A stretch of DNA of 62,116 bases, filler included, from Asterionella formosa (GCA_002256025.1; 5 parts of 5 records of this genome joined end to end with filler, not necessarily neighbours in it), one strand, 5' to 3'; counted from the first letter of the whole stretch, positions 11,901 to 22,920 are shown. Notes: generated by a model not told the origin, from the letters alone. Made by a program: numbers and translations.

Positions 11901-12305
11901 TCAAGCTCTTAACGGATTGCATAGTACGAACATACTGTGCAATGTAGATGATGATTCATGGAAGACATATGATGACTTGAACGACAAATGAAGATTTATC
12001 ACAAACACTCGTTCCTTTCGAAAAGGCTGGTTTGTCATTGTTGCAAGAATCAGAGTGAGGACTGGCAAGGATGATGAGCCAAACCACATTACTCTAACTG
12101 GTACATTATCCTACCAAGAAATTTAAACAAAGGAACATCAAAGAAACAATACATATAATAATTAAATTTCCATAGTCAAAAGGGTTACTATTTAAATTAT
12201 GAGGGCATTTATCAAAATTATTAGATGATATAACGAAAAATTATGATCAGATTATCATAATCCCATGATGCATCATGGAAATATGATGGTTTTTATTTGC
12301 AGACG
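8971..12305. mobile_element. 3.3-kb TIR DNA element with CGTCTG termini (superfamily unassigned)
   Basis: Left end cgtctgtaaatataaactatcat; reverse complement of the right end cgtctgcaaataaaaaccatcat. ATCAT/ATGAT-rich subterminal regions. Related ends at 55064 and ~44337. Confidence 0.75.
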
Positions 12306-12356
12306 ATGATCACCTCTGTTTTGAAACATGCATGAGCTTGGGTTTCAAAATTCAAA

Positions 12357-12456
12357 NNNNNNNNNNNNNNNNNNNNNNNNNNNNNNNNNNNNNNNNNNNN
12401 TTAATTAATTAANNNNNNNNNNNNNNNNNNNNNNNNNNNNNNNNNNNNNNNNNNNN
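12357..12456. other. Artificial contig-joining spacer (also at 24805-24904, 37244-37343, 49683-49782)
   Basis: Identical 100-nt N44-TTAATTAATTAA-N44 blocks separate segments of steadily non-increasing length (~12.3 kb). Confidence 0.97.
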
Positions 12457-13147
12457 AATCACCCGAAATGCTTTCTACAAACTGTCCACCAATCCCTTGA
12501 ATACCATATGAACCCGCTTTATCCATGGGTTCCTGGGTGGCAATGTAGTTCAGGATATCATCTTCCCGGAGTGAGGCAAAAGTGACTTGAGCCGTGTCCA
12601 CAAATGAATCAACCAGTGTGTAAGTAGTTCCAACTACATGATAGAGGGCTACAGCAGTATGTACTTGGTGTGACTTTGACGAAAGTGATTCAAGCATCGA
12701 CTTTGCAGAAGCCTCATCAATGGGCTTTTCGAGAATCATCCCATCCAAATCGACAATCGTGTCACTCCCCAGCACTAGCGTGGAAGTTGTGCTGGCATCA
12801 TCCGAAAGTTGAAGTGCCAGAGCTTTGCTCTTTTCTTGGGCCAGTCGAAGAGTATATTCCTGAGGGGTTATGTCGGTGGATTGTGCCAATCGAATTTGCA
12901 GCGCAGTTTCATCAAGCGGAGAGGGTTGTGCAGTATAGAGACCAGCCAACCCCATCATGTCAAGAATTTCTCTTCGTCGAGGAGATTGGCTGGCAAGAAT
13001 GAGCTTGACTCCATGGTTGAACTTGTCTCGGGAAGACAGAATGAGGGACATGCTCATCGCACTTGTCCGACGGAAACTTGGTTTTCGTTTGGATAGTAAC
13101 GAATTTGCGACCGAGAGGCAACAAAAGACGACGAAAAGATTTCTCAT
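12457..13147 (-). CDS. Maf family nucleoside triphosphate pyrophosphatase (YhdE-like), 3'-truncated by the contig end
   Basis: Motifs LILASQSPRRREIL, LGSDTIV, ILEKP, HQVHTAV, DKAGSYGIQG. N-terminus MRNLFVVFCCLSVANS resembles a signal peptide. Confidence 0.9.
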
Positions 13148-13571
13148 TCGTTGACGATATGAGACGGGAGGGGGCTGTTGAAATGAGTCTACTACCACAT
13201 GCACGTCATACTCAGGATACTAAAAGAGTAGACTAGTCGACTGCAGTACCGGTATCGGTAAGGGATGTTGCATTGATGGAACGATGATCAATAGAACAAA
13301 TCTTACCGGTACGGTAATCGAACTGAAAAAGCGCGCATTAACGTGCACTACCAGACCTTTCAGCCGGGACCTAGTAACTGGTACACTGAGACCACAGGCA
13401 AGTTGCGGTGAATGACGAGAACGACCGTTATTTACCGCAACTCCCGCTTTACCTGGTACAGTTTACTCCAACCACAAGCACAACGAGAGAACGAGAGCAG
13501 CACTTCACTCAATACCTATGAACGGCACATAACACCTCACCCCCGTTTGCCATCCTCACGAGCACGCAACA

Positions 13572-14193
13572 TGGCGACTGCCATGAGCAATGTAAACGCA
13601 GCTAAGTATTATGATAGAAGATGCCGAAGCTAATCCTTTTTTATCGGTAGCATTCGATGTCTTTGAAGTCGATTCCGCCTCGCCGAGAAGTCTACCTCGG
13701 ACCGCGCGAGATTGGGGCATTCCTACGCTTGCAGATCCAATTGATCGAGGTATATAGTCGTATTGCGTGCGCAACTTCGTCACTGTGCACCTAGAGCATC
13801 GGCGTCACAGTACAGGATCCGACCTCTGGGATTCGTCCCTTGTTATGCCACGCCTTGATCCCATCCTTGAAGGAGCTGGGCTCGGATACAGGCGCCGTCG
13901 GCTTGTATTGCAGTAAGGCACTGGGGACACACGTTGTGCTGATAGATCTTGCTGAAATCCTGGCCTTACTAGAACGGAATCGGGCGGTGTGGTGTGTCTC
14001 GGAAGGCGACGTTAAAATCGCTCCGTTGGATTGGACTGACAAGGCTCTGCCGCCGGACGCTGATTGTGGTGGAGAAGGCGTTGACCTGATCTTAGGGTCT
14101 GATCTGTGTACTTTTCGTTCTCTTAAAACACCATCTGTGGAGCTTCTATGCTCCCTTTTCCTCGTTGTCGACTATTGCGCCATGAATTGGTAA
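13572..14193 (+). pseudogene. Degenerate METTL21-like lysine methyltransferase (Methyltransf_16)
   Basis: STGSDLWDSSL lies in one frame. CHAL..ELGSDTG..VVLIDL..LDW..VDLILGSDL lies in another. Frameshifted, with motif I GxG broken. Confidence 0.6.
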
Positions 14194-14976
14194 GTTTATT
14201 TGACATGCATTCGCTGAGAGAGTTGTGATATTCAGCAAGTGATGTACCAATTCGCCGTTTACCTGTCGGAGACAAAATGCTGTTACTGACATTACTGCAT
14301 GTGTCGATATATTTATTGAATTAACTGATGTTGAAGTGCGCCAGTTTTGAATTGTTTCATCGTCATTGGATATTTGTACTCATTCTTTCTTTGAACGTCT
14401 GTTGCCTTCCACATAGCCCCTTTTGGTCAGTGACGTTTCATGCGAGATAATACAAAGGTGAGCCATCAAACGTTGATGCCAAATTTCACGGCAAGGAAGA
14501 TAACCACTGATCGAGAGTCATACATATGCTATGGTCGATATCAATTTCAAAGTTCTCTGAGTCGCATCGTAAGCCTGTGAATTGCTTATATTACATTCAC
14601 AATCCTCTCACACAATCCATGTTTAAGGTACGATCTCCAACTGCCCCCCCCTCCCCCCCCCCAGTGACCATGAATACTTACTTCACCAACTGGTGTTTTG
14701 ATTTCGCTACGGGGGGAAATGAATTCAGTCGGTGCGCGGAAAGTTCAAAAACCATGATTACGATTTATATTAAGTTGTTTGACACCTAAGCATCACTAAC
14801 ATATTTGGGAATTTTCATCATAGATTGGCTGGGTCATTTTATTAGTGAAACTCATTCTGCGTATCCAGTCCTCAGCGAAATAATTGGAACCCAAGTGCTG
14901 GCAGAGATGCTGGCATCAGCTACTTGAAAGCTTGACTTAAATAAGTTACACGATCATTTCATTATCGCCTTTTTTT

Positions 14977-17427
14977 TCATTCTTGTTGTGCGCTTCCTTG
15001 CAGTTGTTGGAGGCGACCCATAACTTCGTTGATTTCACTTATTGTGTTGTAGTGAGCGAGAGACAACCTTACTATGGAACCAAAATTGAGCTCGTCTTGC
15101 AGCTGTTCTGTGCTTAAAAAAGTACCCGATCGACACTGGATTCCCATTTCATAAAAAGATGCAACTATTTCCGATGCCTGGAGTGCCTTGTGAGAAAAGG
15201 CGAAAAGCGGCAGTCGACAAGATTCTGATGAATCCTCGATGACACGAATGTATTGATTCGCTTTTAGTCGCTTTCGCAAACTTTCTACCAGCTGTTTCTC
15301 TGCCGTATGGATATGCTGATAAGCAGAAATAACTTGCATCGTCGATAGCTTATCTTGAAGGGCAGAATGATGTCCTTCCGAGGAATTCTTTTCGAAGGCA
15401 GCCAAATGCTGAAAGTAGGCCCCAAGCCCGACAACTCCAGAACAAGCCTCGTAATTGAGTGTTCCACTCTCGAACCACCCATAATGATTCTCACCTGTTT
15501 CCTGTAGTTTTTTAACAGCATCGATTCGACCGCACAATGCTCCAAGATGCGGCCCAAAGAGTTTGTGACAAGAAATAGTATACCAATCCACAGCTTCATT
15601 ATTTTCCAGATTGGCAAACGTATGAGGTGCAGCGGCAACACCGTCCACAACAATGATAGAATGGGGAATGATTTCTTTTATCCTCTTCGAAATGGTATGG
15701 ATGTCACGAACTTGACCAAGGATGTTGCTGGCATGAGATATGGCAACAATTCGAGTTTTAGATGTCACAACATCATCTATTGGACTACCAAGCCGCCACC
15801 ACTTAATCGTAGCTCCGGTTTTTTTCGCTAAGCAGGTCCATGCCGTCACATTCGCTAAATGATTTTCCGTGGCAAGCAAAATCTCGTCATGAGGTTGAAG
15901 TTTGTCCATGTATTTGTTTGCTAACGTCTCCAAAAGTACTGTAGCATTCAGGCCTAGAAATACCTTGTGCAATGCAGCGGAAGTTCCAAGCAATGTCAGC
16001 AATGTAGCTCGTGCTTCTTCCTTAATTCGACTTCCAATCACACACCGATTTCTGTCTTTCAAACTATCAACAACTCGTTCAATGACTTGCCTGGGTACTT
16101 GAGATCCTCCCGCATTTTCGAAAAATATTTGTTCCGACGGGAAGTAAGGGAAATGAGATCTGACAAAGGGAACGAAAAATGAATCTGGGGAGTCCTCCTT
16201 GGCAAGCTTTCGCTCGAAAATTGCCCATCTAATCTTGTTAAGTATAACAGCCTTGGAAGGCAGAATATTCCATGAAAAGTAATTTTGGTCTTGGTACACA
16301 CATTTCCACCCTCCCAATTTTGGCGAAGCTCCAATAACTCTCGGAAGTACCCACAAGCTGATCAAGTCTGAAATAACTGCGTTGTGCAGGTTTTCAGCAT
16401 GTGGCAACCCTGTCGCTGTATCTTGTGACGGGGGAGCATTTACTTCTAACAAATATGCCACAGGCTGGTGGTCTCGTTCACTCAAAATGAAATCAATCCC
16501 AAGATATTCAAAGCCTCCATTGACGTCGCCGCCTCGAAGATACGGAAAAGCCTTTTCGGCCAGAGTTGCCACTGATGCTGCCACGGAAGGAAAAAACTTG
16601 GATAAGTCGACAGTGGCATCATCAAAATTTGTTGAAATCAAGCTTGCCGTTATTTCTCCGGCAAACTTGTCAGGGTCATGCGAGTTGGCGCAACAATTGG
16701 TTATGTGCACAGCGTGTTCATTGAGGGATGACGTTGTCTGAAAGGGTTCATTGGCAACATGCAAGAAGCACTTGTCGTGAAGGAAGGCTCTGCCATCGCA
16801 AGTAAAGAGTCCATACACACGCACATGGCACTTGCGTCCACCAAAAAGTACCATCGGCCAAGTGTACTTTTGAGCAATGTAACGGTGGTTGTCCACGAGA
16901 GGCGACAGTTTGGTAGTCTCAAACTCGGAATGATTTTCCTCGCCGACGACCCAAATTCCCCCCGCACCGTTCGAACTAGCGTCTTTTATTACCCATAGAT
17001 TGTTTGGTGCAGGAAATGCAGTTGTTGGTTGTGGATCCAGCACCAAGTCTGGTAAACTAGAATACTCTTGAGTGGTCTCAAAGTGAGGACAATGGCAATG
17101 CTCTTTCCAAAATTTGTCAAATCCGCGTCGGCCTCTAAAACAATATGTTTCTAGTGTTGCCAACGCTCCGTGTTGAGGGACCCGACACATGAATCTCGCC
17201 AATGCCCATTTGCTGTCCAACACGTCTGTGCCATTCGGAAGGTGCGAATAGCAGCGGACTCCATCTCGCTTGTCCTTGGTTTCGTGACGAGGTGCATTTT
17301 CCCAAAGAAGTGAGGGAGGCGTCATGGTATTGCAAGCTCTGGAAGTAACATCCTCCCAGTCGGTGGGAAGAAGTGGCGATATTCTGCTGTGAGCTGCGCA
17401 GCCAGTCACTGAAAACGATATTGTCAT
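14977..17427 (-). CDS. Fusion of a tubulin-tyrosine-ligase-family ATP-grasp domain and a PLP-dependent class V aminotransferase/cysteine desulfurase-like domain
   Basis: Single 816-aa intronless ORF. N-half: WVIK..SNGAGGI, IAQKY, GRKCHVRVY, HITN, GIDFIL, LLEVNAPP. C-half: FENAGGSQVP, ENHLANV, VDGVAAAPH, SCHKLFGPHLG, ESGTLNYE, VRLSLAHYNT. Confidence 0.88.
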   Translation of the reverse strand: MTISFSVTGCAAHSRISPLLPTDWEDVTSRACNTMTPPSLLWENAPRHETKDKRDGVRCYSHLPNGTDVLDSKWALARFMCRVPQHGALATLETYCFRGRRGFDKFWKEHCHCPHFETTQEYSSLPDLVLDPQPTTAFPAPNNLWVIKDASSNGAGGIWVVGEENHSEFETTKLSPLVDNHRYIAQKYTWPMVLFGGRKCHVRVYGLFTCDGRAFLHDKCFLHVANEPFQTTSSLNEHAVHITNCCANSHDPDKFAGEITASLISTNFDDATVDLSKFFPSVAASVATLAEKAFPYLRGGDVNGGFEYLGIDFILSERDHQPVAYLLEVNAPPSQDTATGLPHAENLHNAVISDLISLWVLPRVIGASPKLGGWKCVYQDQNYFSWNILPSKAVILNKIRWAIFERKLAKEDSPDSFFVPFVRSHFPYFPSEQIFFENAGGSQVPRQVIERVVDSLKDRNRCVIGSRIKEEARATLLTLLGTSAALHKVFLGLNATVLLETLANKYMDKLQPHDEILLATENHLANVTAWTCLAKKTGATIKWWRLGSPIDDVVTSKTRIVAISHASNILGQVRDIHTISKRIKEIIPHSIIVVDGVAAAPHTFANLENNEAVDWYTISCHKLFGPHLGALCGRIDAVKKLQETGENHYGWFESGTLNYEACSGVVGLGAYFQHLAAFEKNSSEGHHSALQDKLSTMQVISAYQHIHTAEKQLVESLRKRLKANQYIRVIEDSSESCRLPLFAFSHKALQASEIVASFYEMGIQCRSGTFLSTEQLQDELNFGSIVRLSLAHYNTISEINEVMGRLQQLQGSAQQE

Positions 17428-18363
17428 TTTGCTTCCTCGGTTAGATTTTGTGGGGGGAATTGCGTTGCTTGATAATTGATGGGTTACTTCGAACCAACCG
17501 CACTGTCAACCTGGCTACCGGTACCGGTACAGGTTGGAGTGACAAGAAAACGGCAGGACGACAGGAGAACCGGCANNNNNNNNNNNNNNNNNNNNNNNNN
17601 NNNNNNNNNNNNNNNNNNNNNNNNNNNNNNNNNNNNNNNNNNNNNNNNNNNNNNNNNNNNNNNNNNNNNNNNNNNNNNNNNNNNNNNNNNNNNNNNNNNN
17701 NNNNNNNNNNNNNNNNNNNNNNNNNNNNNNNNNNNNNNNNNNNNNNNNNNNNNNNNNNNNNNNNNNNNNNNNNNNNNNNNNNNNNNNNNNNNNNNNNNNN
17801 NNNNNNNNNNNNNNNNNNNNNNNNNNNNNNNNNNNNNNNNNNNNNNNNNNNNNNNNNNNNNNNNNNNNNNNNNNNNNNNNNNNNNNNNNNNNNNNNNNNN
17901 NNNNNNNNNNNNNNNNNNNNNNNNNNNNNNNNNNNNNNNNNNNNNNNNNNNNNNNNNNNNNNNNNNNNNNNNNNNNNNNNNNNNNNNNNNNNNNNNNNNN
18001 NNNNNNNNNNNNNNNNNNNNNNNNNNNNNNNNNNNNNNNNNNNNNNNNNNNNNNNNNNNNNNNNNNNNNNNNNNNNNNNNNNNNNNNNNNNNNNNNNNNN
18101 NNNNNNNNNNNNNNNNNNNNNNNNNNNNNNNNNNNNNNNNNNNNNNNNNNNNNNNNNNNNNNNGAGCAAAAATGGCCTCCCCTATAGCCACATACATAGA
18201 ATGGTACATTTCCTGTACTGCATCCACATCCATAAAACAAATGATGCATGAATAATAGGCAGTCCAATTTTGTTTCGCCTCCTCATACCTATATAATATT
18301 TCGGCACCTGCCTTTAGTAAATGGTAGTCAATACGCTACTCATCATCACGTCCTCAGGTGACC

Positions 18364-20784
18364 ATGTCAGCCCTCAGCTTTCGTTCCATCCTGCCTCATG
18401 AACCTCCGCCAGAAGAAAATCACGGATATCTTCAAATTCAGGGTTTGCTGGAACCCAAACAGGACGACGAATGGACCAAGGCAGGACTGACATTGGCACT
18501 GGGAGACGCGGTTCAATCGATTTCAAATGGACAATATTCAGTTCAACAAGTGCATTTGTTGGAGGACGTTCCCCCCTTTACCAAAATGAGAATAACTGTC
18601 CAATCACCCCAGATAGCACTTAGTTTATTACAACACTTTCGACAATTACACCTATCACCAGCTATTCTCTTTGCCAACAAGGAATTATCCGCAAGACATT
18701 TGCAGCTCACTCCCATCACTACAAAGCCCATGTTGTCTACTGACATTTGCTGGACGCGATCGAGTCCTCCCAAGTTCAGAAGACTCGTTGTGCCTACAAG
18801 TACCATCAGGATGGAATCGCTGGAGCAACAGCGACAGAACACTAGATTTCTGTTCATGACCGGACTGCTGATCGACGAGCAAATTACTCCAGAAGAGTGG
18901 ACATGCACCACAGCGATGCAATGCATCCGGGCCATACTTCATCCATTCGAATCGTCGAACCATGGCGTTGAAATATTCTGTCCCCCCAAACAAGTTGTAC
19001 GTCATGTCTACATAGGTATGAGGTCCGCTCGAGATGCACAAACTGTGGTAGCGATCCTGCAGGGGAAGGTAGTTCAGTGGGAGGGAACAAAACTAGTATC
19101 TGGCAAACTGTTCTTTGATTATTGTGACATGACAGACAAATCGCAAGCAAGATCGAGACGAACTCTTGGAGAAACTATCGAACGCGGACAACCATCAAGG
19201 CCGGATTGCACGTCGTCGACGGACCACATTGTTATACCTGGATTACATCTCCTTGAAGACTTTGTGTCTGTAGAGGAACAACAGGTACTAATGGCAGTTA
19301 TATTGGGACCACAAGCATGTTGGGCAAAACCACAAGCGACACAGTCACATAATGGGGCTGTCGTCCGACGGCGTGTTCAACATTATGGGTACATTTTTGA
19401 CTACGAAACTGCAGATATTCTCCGTGATGTTGACTTGACGCCATGCCCACCGTTGCCTGCTATTGAGAATGGTTCTGTACTGGACGAATATATTGGAAAT
19501 TGCACGAACAACAAGGAGGGTTGGGGTGTTCTGGCTGGTGTGTTGGAACGAACACGACAAAAAGATATCGACGGAACCACATACAGTACGATCAATCAGC
19601 TGACAATAAATGAATACAAGCCTGGAGATGGGATTGGCTCTCACATTGATACCATTTCCGCATTTGGAGATGGCTTGTTTTCTCTTTCATTGCACAGCGG
19701 AATTGTCATGGAATTCAAAAAAGGCGACGAAAAGAAGCTTGTCTTTCTTCCACCTCGGTCCCTGCTTGCCATGACTGGCCCTGCTCGATGTGAATGGGAG
19801 CATATGATTGTCACAAGACGAACAGACACGTACAATGGAGAAGTCATACCAAGGGATTTGAGAGTAAGCTTAACGCTAAGGACAGCCTTGGATCTTAATG
19901 GATGTCCTATGCCGCGGCGGGAAACATCCTTATTTCCTCTTGTCGTTCAAGCACACAACTCAATATCCTCACTTGCTACACCTGATACGGAACGAGAATT
20001 CGTGCACAAAGTTTATGATGCAATTGCGACGCAGTGGCATCATACAAGAGGCAAGCGAGGTGTTCTTTGGCCTGGTGCGACTCTCTTCCTCCAGGAATTG
20101 CCAATGGGATCCATCGTTGCCGACGTGGGTTGTGGCGATGGAAAGTACTTTCCAGCCATTTGGGAGAATGGATCATATGTCATTGGCTTCGATATCAGTC
20201 GCCCATTACTCAAAACATCCTTTGGAGCCTCCGCGAACGATCCTCCGGAGAGTCGACGCATTAGCGAATTTCGGAATCATTTGCGAGACAGACCAGCAGT
20301 TGGCGTTGCTGATTGTATGAATGTCCCACTCAAGTCTAAATCATGCGATGCAGCTATTTGTATCGCTGTAATGCATCATTTGAGCACTGAAGAACGACGA
20401 ATACTGTGTCTGAAGGAACTAGTCAGAATAGTCAAAGCAGGTGGGATGATTAATGTTCAAGCCTGGGCCATGGATCAAGACGACGGAAGTCGCCATCGGT
20501 TTGACGCAGCAGACGTCTTCGTGCCTTTCAATGCGCAACCTAAATATTTGGACAAGTCCAATTCCGACGAGGTATCGAACAAGAGCGTCGCTGAACAATA
20601 CGCTGATGCTTACGATGGTGCTGAGTTTGACGAGAAAAAAGGTTTGGTGATCTTTCAACGATATTGTCATTTATATCGTAGTGGAGAGTTGGAAACCTTG
20701 GTCAAGAGACTTGATGGTGTTGAAATTGCTGATTGTGGATTTGAGAGTGGAAATTATTTCGTCATTCTACGAGTTACCGAATAA
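18364..20784 (+). CDS. ALKBH8: ALKBH8/Trm9-type tRNA wobble-uridine modification enzyme (RRM-like + AlkB + SAM methyltransferase)
   Basis: AlkB part: RRRVQHYGYIFDY, NQLTINEYKPGDGIGSHID, WEH, RVSLTLR. Trm9-like part: EREFVHKVYDAIA, VADVGCGDGKY, CIAVMHHLST, RYCHLY. Confidence 0.9.
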   Translation: MSALSFRSILPHEPPPEENHGYLQIQGLLEPKQDDEWTKAGLTLALGDAVQSISNGQYSVQQVHLLEDVPPFTKMRITVQSPQIALSLLQHFRQLHLSPAILFANKELSARHLQLTPITTKPMLSTDICWTRSSPPKFRRLVVPTSTIRMESLEQQRQNTRFLFMTGLLIDEQITPEEWTCTTAMQCIRAILHPFESSNHGVEIFCPPKQVVRHVYIGMRSARDAQTVVAILQGKVVQWEGTKLVSGKLFFDYCDMTDKSQARSRRTLGETIERGQPSRPDCTSSTDHIVIPGLHLLEDFVSVEEQQVLMAVILGPQACWAKPQATQSHNGAVVRRRVQHYGYIFDYETADILRDVDLTPCPPLPAIENGSVLDEYIGNCTNNKEGWGVLAGVLERTRQKDIDGTTYSTINQLTINEYKPGDGIGSHIDTISAFGDGLFSLSLHSGIVMEFKKGDEKKLVFLPPRSLLAMTGPARCEWEHMIVTRRTDTYNGEVIPRDLRVSLTLRTALDLNGCPMPRRETSLFPLVVQAHNSISSLATPDTEREFVHKVYDAIATQWHHTRGKRGVLWPGATLFLQELPMGSIVADVGCGDGKYFPAIWENGSYVIGFDISRPLLKTSFGASANDPPESRRISEFRNHLRDRPAVGVADCMNVPLKSKSCDAAICIAVMHHLSTEERRILCLKELVRIVKAGGMINVQAWAMDQDDGSRHRFDAADVFVPFNAQPKYLDKSNSDEVSNKSVAEQYADAYDGAEFDEKKGLVIFQRYCHLYRSGELETLVKRLDGVEIADCGFESGNYFVILRVTE

Positions 20785-21118
20785 GGCCAATCAAAAATTT
20801 CTGCCGTGTGTAATGCTCCTTCTTACTCAGTGTATTCCGAGCTAAAGACTATGATGCAGCGAGCGATATCTAAAGCGAAAGTTTTCATAGATATCAGAAA
20901 TCTACCTTGGAAGGGTCTATTATTAGTTTTGCGGCGTAATGATATCTGTGCTTGACATTCTCGACCAAGAATCGTTCTCGATGAAGCTGTGCATACCAAT
21001 GTACGTCATATTTCCATTATTGTACATCATCTTTCCTTTGCCCTTTTTTGATCAACTGGGTGCGATGTGAAAGATGAATCCCTGATCCGTCTTTCAATAT
21101 CAACAAGGACTAGATTCC

Positions 21119-22920
21119 CTACTCAGATCCGTGTCGGCCCGCAGCTGCTGCTCGAACGGTGTTGACAAACCCAAGTAATGCTTCAGCGTCTTCCGCGCCC
21201 GTATCACTCAACCGTCTAGGTCTTTTGTCCCTCGGATGGTGGATCGAGTCTTGTGAGCCGATACTCGTTGCTTCAGAGCAAAGATAGGCGTTGTTGTCGC
21301 CATCCAGGAGAAGGGGCAAACCTGCTGTTGCTTGCTGAATGATTGGACCTTCATGAAGCAGTCGTTCCACAGCTTTCATTTGGTTCTCGATCTCATTTTC
21401 GGGTAGCGTGTTGACTTGGTCGTGATCCCCTTCTAGTCGCATAGACAGCGATGGGGTAAGAATTGCATTCGCTCTATCAAGCCAGGATGCAGTCCTTGTG
21501 ATAGCACTTTGTTTCACGTGCTGGCTATTCATGGAGTTTGTTTGATGATAAGCCGAGAGCACAGCGTTTGGAGTCACTGGACATTGTACACCAGGATGCT
21601 GAATCCGCCCTGCAACGACTGCTGCAGCACTTGCGGCAGCTTTCTTTGCTGACTCCCTCTGCTGCATCTCAAGCCTCCGTCGCCACCTTCTCTCTAGGGC
21701 ATCAAGCTCAGCCTGTTACAATAGAACGAACGAATATGAGGAACACATTGCTTACTTATATGGCCATGACAAACGCCACGGACAAAACGCACCTGAGCTT
21801 TATCAATCGCCGCTGCGTTGCTCGGACACCTTACAGCTGGGTGAAAAACCCGCTTTCCAATGCAAGAATCCCCGGTGAATTTCTTCGTTATACGCATGGG
21901 ATCACAATGCAGCTTGTCAGAGAGGTAACTACGAAGAGTTGTACCTGCTGGAGCGTTGAGATATCCCGAGTTGAAGTCTTGAATCACTCGTGCCACGTAC
22001 GATTCTTCTTCTACTGTCCATTTCCCTCTCCGCAGCGATGCCGATGACAGATGGCCCTTGCTGCTTCCCGGAGGAGAGGGGGAGTTTGACGAAGTTGCGA
22101 CATTGGGAGTTGGGTGTGCAGACTCTACATCATCTTGAAGGTTTGACGCAGCTTCGGCCGGTAGCGGCACCAAATTTGGGTTCACCTGTGGTAAAATTGG
22201 AATGAAGAGCATTAGAAATCAACCATGATGCTCTCACGACAATCTACATGTATATCATACCTTTGAATGAACTGCCCTCTGAACTGAAACATCAATGGTT
22301 GATGGGATCCCAGAAAGATTTTCAGTTTCATTCAAGGGTTCTTGAGTATTTATCAAATCTGACGGTGCAGGTAGTTCCGCAACTGGTTGGGAAGACTCAT
22401 GGTGCCATAAATAATTTGCAGCCACTTGCTTTTGTGACGGAATAAGAATTCTCGACGGAGCACTGCTACTTGAATCTAACTCTTCCGCACTCTTGCATTC
22501 GTCTGACTTTTGGGCAGCATCCAACGAATTTGCAATTGCTTGGCGTTCAAGCTCAGAATAAGAGTGGACACTTTCAATAAACGAAAGCGCGCCTGGGAAA
22601 TTCGCGACAGATTCGGTGGGTTTGTTTATGTCTGTTTCCAGTACCAATGGTGAGGGCTGGTTTGAAGACGGGCTTGATTGGACACCTGGAGACATCGCCA
22701 TTGGAAAAATTTCATCAATGGCAGCCATCGTATCTTGTTTCGGTGGACTTTCAGCTTCTTGATCGATGACATTAATTGACAGAGACACTTTCGAGGTTAT
22801 TCCAGCGCTTATCGACCCAGCCGTATCGGCCGTTGATGATGAACTTGATCCGCTCGACGGCGTATTATACATTTCATGCGAACCTCCTCGTCCTCTTCTA
22901 CTTTCTGTCGACGGGCTCAT
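21119..22920 (-). CDS. Myb-like domain putative transcription regulator (3 exons, ~548 aa)
   Basis: Exons 22920-22261, 22185-21793 and 21712-21119 join in frame via GT-AG introns. Core LRRGKWTVEEESYVARVIQDF..GTTLRSYLSDKLHCDPMRITKKF, flanked by low-complexity regions. Confidence 0.8.

Noticed and set aside
17441..18267. Long ORFs in five frames
   Set aside because: Artefacts of translating through the N gap (17576-18163).
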